NCBI RefSeq assembly: GCF_000196355.1
Contig: NC_007614.1
Location: 1,020,001-1,052,000 of the forward strand
DNA from: Nitrosospira multiformis ATCC 25196
GTDB taxonomy: Bacteria > Pseudomonadota > Gammaproteobacteria > Burkholderiales > Nitrosomonadaceae
Length of the DNA stretch: 32,000 nt
Direction of reading: 5' to 3'
Shown here: piece by piece, positions 27,659 through 32,000 of the stretch
Layout: each line of letters begins with the position of its first letter
Numbering within the stretch: the first letter of the stretch is position 1
Position numbers and translations under genes: made by a program
The notes under the pieces: generated by a model
Seen by the model: only the letters and a program-made list of their open reading frames with translations
Database searches by the model: none
What the model was told of the DNA's origin: nothing

Positions 27659-28624
27659 ATGAAAGTTTTTATCGATACAAATATTCTCCTAGACATTTAT
27701 CATCTATCCGGGCCTGACCTTGAGGAACTCCGAAAACTCAAGAAGATGGTTGAAAAGGGTAAGGTCGAATTGCTTGTGTCCATGCAGGTTATTGACGAGT
27801 TCTGGCGAAACCGAGAGCGGGTCATTGCGGACGCTATGCGGAAATTTCGTGAGTCAAAAGCTTCGGCACAAATTCCCAACATCATTCGAATCTATCCTGA
27901 GGCCAAGGAACTAAAGGAAGCGGTTGATAAGGTGAACGAAGTCGTCAAACAGCTTGCAGCTAAGGCAAGGGTAGACATTGAAGCCGATACCTTAAAATCC
28001 GATGAGGTAATAAGAGAGATATTTTCTGCCATCAAAGTTGGCGCGGTGAGCCCATCCCTTATAGAACAGGCACAATTGCGCTCCAAAGTTGGAAACCCTC
28101 CCGGGAAGAAAGACAGCCTTGGAGACGCCATTAATTGGGAGTGGCTCCTCGAACAGGAAATCGAATTCTGGGACGATGAGCTTATTATTATCAGCGCCGA
28201 TGGGGACTACGAGTCAGAATTGTCCAAAGGAAAGCCTAAAGAGTATTTGCTGAGGGAATGGAACGAAAAGAATACGAGCTGTGAACTCAAACTGGAGAAG
28301 TCGCTCGCGGATTTCTTTAAAGCCAAATTCCCTGACATTCAACTGGCGGAGGAAATCGATAAGATTGAAGCCATAGAACGGCTTGAGGAATCCGGCTCTT
28401 TCGCTGCCACGCATAGAGCAGTTTCGACGCTTGATGATTACGATGATTTCAAAGATTCAGAAGTCAAGCGCATCATCAAAGCTTATTTAGACAACAATCA
28501 GATTCGAAGGATTCTTGAAGATGAAGATGTCAGAGAGTTTGCTTTGAAGGTGGTCGGATTAGCCAAGTCAGAAGAAACAATTGGTCTTTCAAAGTCGTTG
28601 AAGGAGCTTCTTGAGCCGCTTTAA
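27659..28624 (+). CDS. PIN-domain protein (large, orphan), putative ribonuclease
   Basis: MKVFIDTNILLDIYHLSGPDLEELRKLKKMVEKGKVELLVSMQVIDEFWRNR...DSLGDAINWEWLL...LIIISADGDYESEL; the acidic residues of a PIN fold (FIDTN, E of VIDEF, GDA, SADGD) plus a C-terminal helical extension. Confidence 0.8.
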   Translation: MKVFIDTNILLDIYHLSGPDLEELRKLKKMVEKGKVELLVSMQVIDEFWRNRERVIADAMRKFRESKASAQIPNIIRIYPEAKELKEAVDKVNEVVKQLAAKARVDIEADTLKSDEVIREIFSAIKVGAVSPSLIEQAQLRSKVGNPPGKKDSLGDAINWEWLLEQEIEFWDDELIIISADGDYESELSKGKPKEYLLREWNEKNTSCELKLEKSLADFFKAKFPDIQLAEEIDKIEAIERLEESGSFAATHRAVSTLDDYDDFKDSEVKRIIKAYLDNNQIRRILEDEDVREFALKVVGLAKSEETIGLSKSLKELLEPL

Positions 28625-28855
28625 GATGAAAATCAACTTTCACCTTCAGCCTAATTGTGCGCTGCATGTAGAAGCTAGCTTCCTGCCGGTATTGTTCCCC
28701 ATTTTTCTAATGTTCCGGTCGATTGTGCGAGCGTCGAACCGTGCTTAATCTCGCATTTCCAGGTGGACTTCAATATCACCCGAGTACAGGACTTAGAGCC
28801 GCCGAATGCTGCTCCCTTTCACGGTATTAGGGGACTTTCAAGAAAGCAGTTTCAA

Positions 28856-28878
28856 TTGGCGGAGAGAGAGACCGCCAA
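28856..28878. repeat. Perfect inverted repeat upstream of the integrase
   Basis: TTGGCGG-AGAGAGAGA-CCGCCAA, 7-bp arms with a 9-nt purine-only spacer. Confidence 0.7.
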
Positions 28879-29001
28879 CCTACCGTTTCATGGTGTCTCA
28901 GAAATTCCTATAAGACTTGGTTTTACTTATCTTTTTTTAAATACTTGCCTTGACGTGTTCCAGGTTGTCCCATAGTATCCCAGTCTCATATGTAGGTAGA
29001 A

Positions 29002-30225
29002 ATGGGGGTAGAAATGAGACGCCAAACGTGTAGGTTATCAGCAAAGGAAGTGTCTAACAAGAAGAAGCCAGGTTACTACTGCGATGGTGCGGGGCTCTAT
29101 CTGCAGATAAGTGACTCGGGCAGCAAGTCGTGGATATTCCGCTATACCTTGAACGGCAAGAACCGGCACATGGGTTTAGGGCCAGTTCATACTGTCTCCC
29201 TGGCTGATGCACGCACTGCCGCCGTTCAATGCCGGCAATTGCTGCTTCGCAAAATGGATCCTATTACAGCACGTGATGCTGAGCACGCACAGCAGTCACT
29301 TGAAGCTGCAAGGTCAATGACTTTTTCCGAGTGTGCTGCTCTCTATATTAAAGCCCATCGCTCCAGCTGGAAGAACACAAAACATGCCGATCAGTGGACA
29401 AATACCATCAAGACTTATTGCGGACCTGTCATAGGCCCGTTATCCGTCCAGGATGTCGATACGAAGCTGATTATGAAGGTGCTAGACCCGATCTGGGAAC
29501 AGAAACCGGAGACAGCCAGCCGATTACGCGGGCGTATAGAATCTGTACTTGATTGGGCTACAGTCAGAGGTTATCGAGAAGGAGATAATCCCGCCCGATG
29601 GCGAGGGTATCTTAGTCATGCGCTACCCTCGCTTAAAAAGAAACTCAGGGTAAAACATCATCCGGCCTTACAGTTCAGCCAGATGGCTGAATTTATGGGA
29701 TTGCTTCGAGCAGAGGAAGGCATTGCTGCAAGAGCACTGGAATTCCTAATTCTCACAGCCGCACGAACTAGTGAGGTTATCGGTGCAAGATGGGAAGAGT
29801 TGGATCTAAAGGCTTCGATCTGGACTATTCCAGGTACGCGCATGAAAGCGGATGACCCGCATCGAGTACCGCTTTCGGGAAGAGCTTTGGAAATTATCTT
29901 GAACTTGGAGAAGATAAAGCAAAGCGACTATGTATTTCCAGGGCAGAAGATCGAAAAGCCGCTAAGCAATAACGCCATGCTTAAGGTACTCGAACGCATG
30001 GGAAGGAATGATATAACCGTACATGGTTTTCGCTCATCATTTCGAGACTGGGCTTCGGAATGCACAAATTTTCCAAGAGACGTATGTGAGATGGCGCTTG
30101 CCCATACGATAAGCAATAAAGCAGAAGCAGCTTATCGTCGAGGAGACTTGTTCGAGAAGCGGAGGGTATTGATGGAAGAGTGGGCGGGATATTGCTACGA
30201 TGGCTCAGCAATTATGTCAAGGTAA
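29002..30225 (+). CDS. Tyrosine-type recombinase/integrase (P4-like, DUF4102 N-terminus)
   Basis: 407 aa: GYYCDGAGLYLQISDSGSKSWIFRYTLNGKNRHMGLGP...LAARTSEV-type box LTAARTSEVIGARWEELD, ...HGFRSSFRDWASE...CEMALAHTISNKAEAAYRRGDLFEKRRVLMEEWAGYC. Confidence 0.95.
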   Translation: MGVEMRRQTCRLSAKEVSNKKKPGYYCDGAGLYLQISDSGSKSWIFRYTLNGKNRHMGLGPVHTVSLADARTAAVQCRQLLLRKMDPITARDAEHAQQSLEAARSMTFSECAALYIKAHRSSWKNTKHADQWTNTIKTYCGPVIGPLSVQDVDTKLIMKVLDPIWEQKPETASRLRGRIESVLDWATVRGYREGDNPARWRGYLSHALPSLKKKLRVKHHPALQFSQMAEFMGLLRAEEGIAARALEFLILTAARTSEVIGARWEELDLKASIWTIPGTRMKADDPHRVPLSGRALEIILNLEKIKQSDYVFPGQKIEKPLSNNAMLKVLERMGRNDITVHGFRSSFRDWASECTNFPRDVCEMALAHTISNKAEAAYRRGDLFEKRRVLMEEWAGYCYDGSAIMSR

Positions 30226-30319
30226 TAACTATAGGGAATGCTTCTGTTCGAATCATCTGCAAGAAGTACTTGCCAGTTTAGGCTTCTATAAAAAGTCAGA
30301 GTCAGTTGTTGAATCTAAT

Positions 30320-30381
30320 GGAGGGAACTTAAAATCCCTCGGGCTTAACCGCCCGTGCCGGTTCGATACGGCTGCGGGACT
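30320..30381 (+). pseudogene. Degenerate tRNA-Leu(UAA)-like 3' fragment (possible att remnant)
   Basis: ggagggaaCTTAAAAtccctcgggcttaaccgcccgtgccggTTCGATAcggctgcgggact. It has an anticodon loop-like CTTAAAA with TAA, a variable arm CGGGC/GCCCG and a T-loop TTCGATA. A one-base insertion and an imperfect T-stem argue against a functional tRNA, and no matching 5' half was found. Confidence 0.45.
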
Positions 30382-30727
30382 AATATCCAAGAGCATAGAT
30401 GTGTTCTAATCTTTCCGTCTATAATTATTTACTGTCAGGTTGACAACCCAGCCCAAAGCTGAAGTTGTTCTATTAGCATATTGCTAAACATCATACCGCT
30501 GGCAGCTGGTCGGCTGTTCCTCGTCGACAACAACATCCCACCCATCTCCTCAAGCAGAGCCCACCTTTCCGTGCAGTGACTGTTTTTGAAAAGATTGCAG
30601 CGTGTTCAAGGATCTGTCTTTATCAAAACTGTCTACCACAGCTGTTAGATTCACATATCATGGTGCAGAGGGAAGATAGGGCATCCTGCTTTTATTGACA
30701 CCAGCCAAGCTCATTTGCATGAGAGCA

Positions 30728-31663
30728 TCAATCTCCCGATTTCTCATTCCTGGATGTTAACGAGTAATTTGAGCTGCGGATCGATTCTCCCGATGCGCGT
30801 CGATGAACAGTTTGATGCATAACGCGCGTGTTCACACCCGGCACGCTCACCCTGCATTTTATGCCTGCAGGTAGTTTGGAATCATCATTGGCAATTTCCA
30901 TTCGTACCCCAAAAGTACCGCTCGCTGTATCCATGACTTTATCTACGATTTTCACTCTGGCTTTATAAGACCCCCCCACAGGCGCCTCCGGAAATACTTC
31001 CAATAGTTGCCCTGGTTTGACCTTTCCATAAGCCTCGAGCGGGAGAAGTGTTTCTACATGTAAAACTGTAATATCCGCTATTTTCAAAATAATTTTCCGA
31101 TTATCACTCCTTGCGTCTGTCAACTCTCCAGGGTGCATCATCCGGTCGACGACAATTCCATTGAATGGACTTCTTACGGTCCGTAGACGTAGCTGTTCAC
31201 TGGCACGCCGGTACTCGAGCTGAGCCACGCGTTTATTATCCAGAGCCTCCTTTAGCTCTGCTTCAGCCAGTCGTTTCTCTGTCTCTGCTTCATCACGATC
31301 CTGTGTAGATACAAACTTCTGTGCAAGTAATTGTTCACGGCGATGATGCTTCAAGGTCGCATATTCGGATCGACTCTGGCTGGCCTGTATAGCACCTTCC
31401 ATAGTTGAACGGTATTTGGCAAGCTCGGTAGTCGCTTTTTCCAAGCCTGAATCCAGCGTTACAAGTATCTGACCAGTATTGACGGCGTCACCGCGATCCA
31501 CCCAGATTTTTTCGATAATTCCGGTCGTGCTCGGTCGGATCTCTACTATCTGGCGCGCCTCGATCAGGCAGTCAAACTCCCCTGCCCACCCAAATGCCGC
31601 CCCCCAAGAGGATACGCAGGCAAACGTAACTTGTGCCCAAAAGCGCCTCACATTAATAGTCAA
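30728..31663 (-). CDS. HlyD-family / RND periplasmic adaptor (membrane fusion) protein
   Basis: 311 aa with signal peptide: FDCLIEARQIVEIRPSTTGIIEKIWVDRGDAVNTGQILVTLDSGLEKATTELA...EYRRASEQLRLRTVRSPFNGIVVDRMMHPGE...VLHVETLLPLEAYGKVKPGQ. Confidence 0.9.
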   Translation of the reverse strand: MTINVRRFWAQVTFACVSSWGAAFGWAGEFDCLIEARQIVEIRPSTTGIIEKIWVDRGDAVNTGQILVTLDSGLEKATTELAKYRSTMEGAIQASQSRSEYATLKHHRREQLLAQKFVSTQDRDEAETEKRLAEAELKEALDNKRVAQLEYRRASEQLRLRTVRSPFNGIVVDRMMHPGELTDARSDNRKIILKIADITVLHVETLLPLEAYGKVKPGQLLEVFPEAPVGGSYKARVKIVDKVMDTASGTFGVRMEIANDDSKLPAGIKCRVSVPGVNTRVMHQTVHRRASGESIRSSNYSLTSRNEKSGD

Positions 31664-31693
31664 CGTTTGATTCCTTCCAATCGAGATATATCA

Positions 31694-32000
31694 TCACTCT
31701 CCACGTCCCGCAAAAGCCAGCATCTTCGCTAGTCGTTGATCTTCCAGCACAGTCTGGCGACGTATTCTCGAGTAATACCGTTCTGATGATCGTTGTGCCG
31801 ATCCCCGCAGCAGTTTTGCTTTCATGCCGGTTATTACATTACTGAAACTTGAATTGCTCATAACCCTACGAGCCATCTCTCCCGAAAATAGAACAAATAG
31901 CTCGTCTTCCAAGGAGACAATGGATTCGTAACTTCCCTTATCCCCCTGGCGTCCAGCACGTCCATAAAGTTGTCGGTCGATGCGGGGCGATTCGTGGAAC
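31694..32000 (-). CDS. SecA-like ATPase, C-terminal end only (gene continues past window)
   Basis: My reverse-strand translation from the window edge gives [46 protein letters not shown]...[37 protein letters not shown]...SLED matches SecA helicase motif VI ([27 protein letters not shown]). Confidence 0.85.
   Translation of the reverse strand, partial: FHESPRIDRQLYGRAGRQGDKGSYESIVSLEDELFVLFSGEMARRVMSNSSFSNVITGMKAKLLRGSAQRSSERYYSRIRRQTVLEDQRLAKMLAFAGRGE

Noticed and set aside
28763-28975. 70-aa plus-strand ORF just upstream of the integrase
   Set aside because: No recognisable domain, and it contains the inverted repeat. It could be a remnant but is not supportable from sequence alone.
30320-30381. 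Annotating this as a functional tRNA-Leu
   Set aside because: There is no 5' acceptor/D arm, an extra base lies beside the anticodon loop, the T-stem is mismatched and the acceptor has no partner. It is kept only as a degenerate fragment.
1-32000. CRISPR array, rRNA operon, IS transposase or prophage structural genes
   Set aside because: No regularly spaced direct repeats, rRNA-like sequence, transposase motif or phage structural protein was recognised in the window; the integrase is the only mobility gene seen.

Overview
This is a 32 kb chromosomal window from a GC-rich proteobacterium. The gene content looks like an ammonia-oxidising betaproteobacterium such as Nitrosospira, but that is inference. 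Most of the window is recognisable housekeeping or metabolic genes:
- PstS-like protein and phosphate-selective porin, with a candidate Pho box
- MFS transporter, phosphoribosyltransferase, PolX/PHP
- archease-RtcB, UspA, and an HPF/cold-shock fusion
- nicotinamidase and nicotinate phosphoribosyltransferase
- a compact three-gene set of C39-like peptidase, GCS2-type carboxylate-amine ligase and N-formylglutamate amidohydrolase-like protein
- a SEC-C/TPR/methyltransferase fusion, an APH-like/P-loop kinase fusion, a DHH phosphoesterase
- dienelactone hydrolase, ABM-domain protein and a GlxA-type regulator

The right-hand ~8 kb is more accessory. It holds a ParS/Xre-RES toxin-antitoxin pair, a Tat-exported tyrosinase with a small exported partner, an orphan PIN-domain protein, a tyrosine integrase followed by a degenerate tRNA-Leu(UAA)-like 3' fragment, and the end of a C-terminally short SecA-like ATPase gene immediately upstream of an HlyD-type adaptor gene. 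The strongest candidates for something under-described are the SecA-like/HlyD pair, the amidoligase/peptidase cluster, the PIN gene next to the integrase, and the tyrosinase/small-protein pair. No rRNA gene, intact tRNA or CRISPR array was seen.
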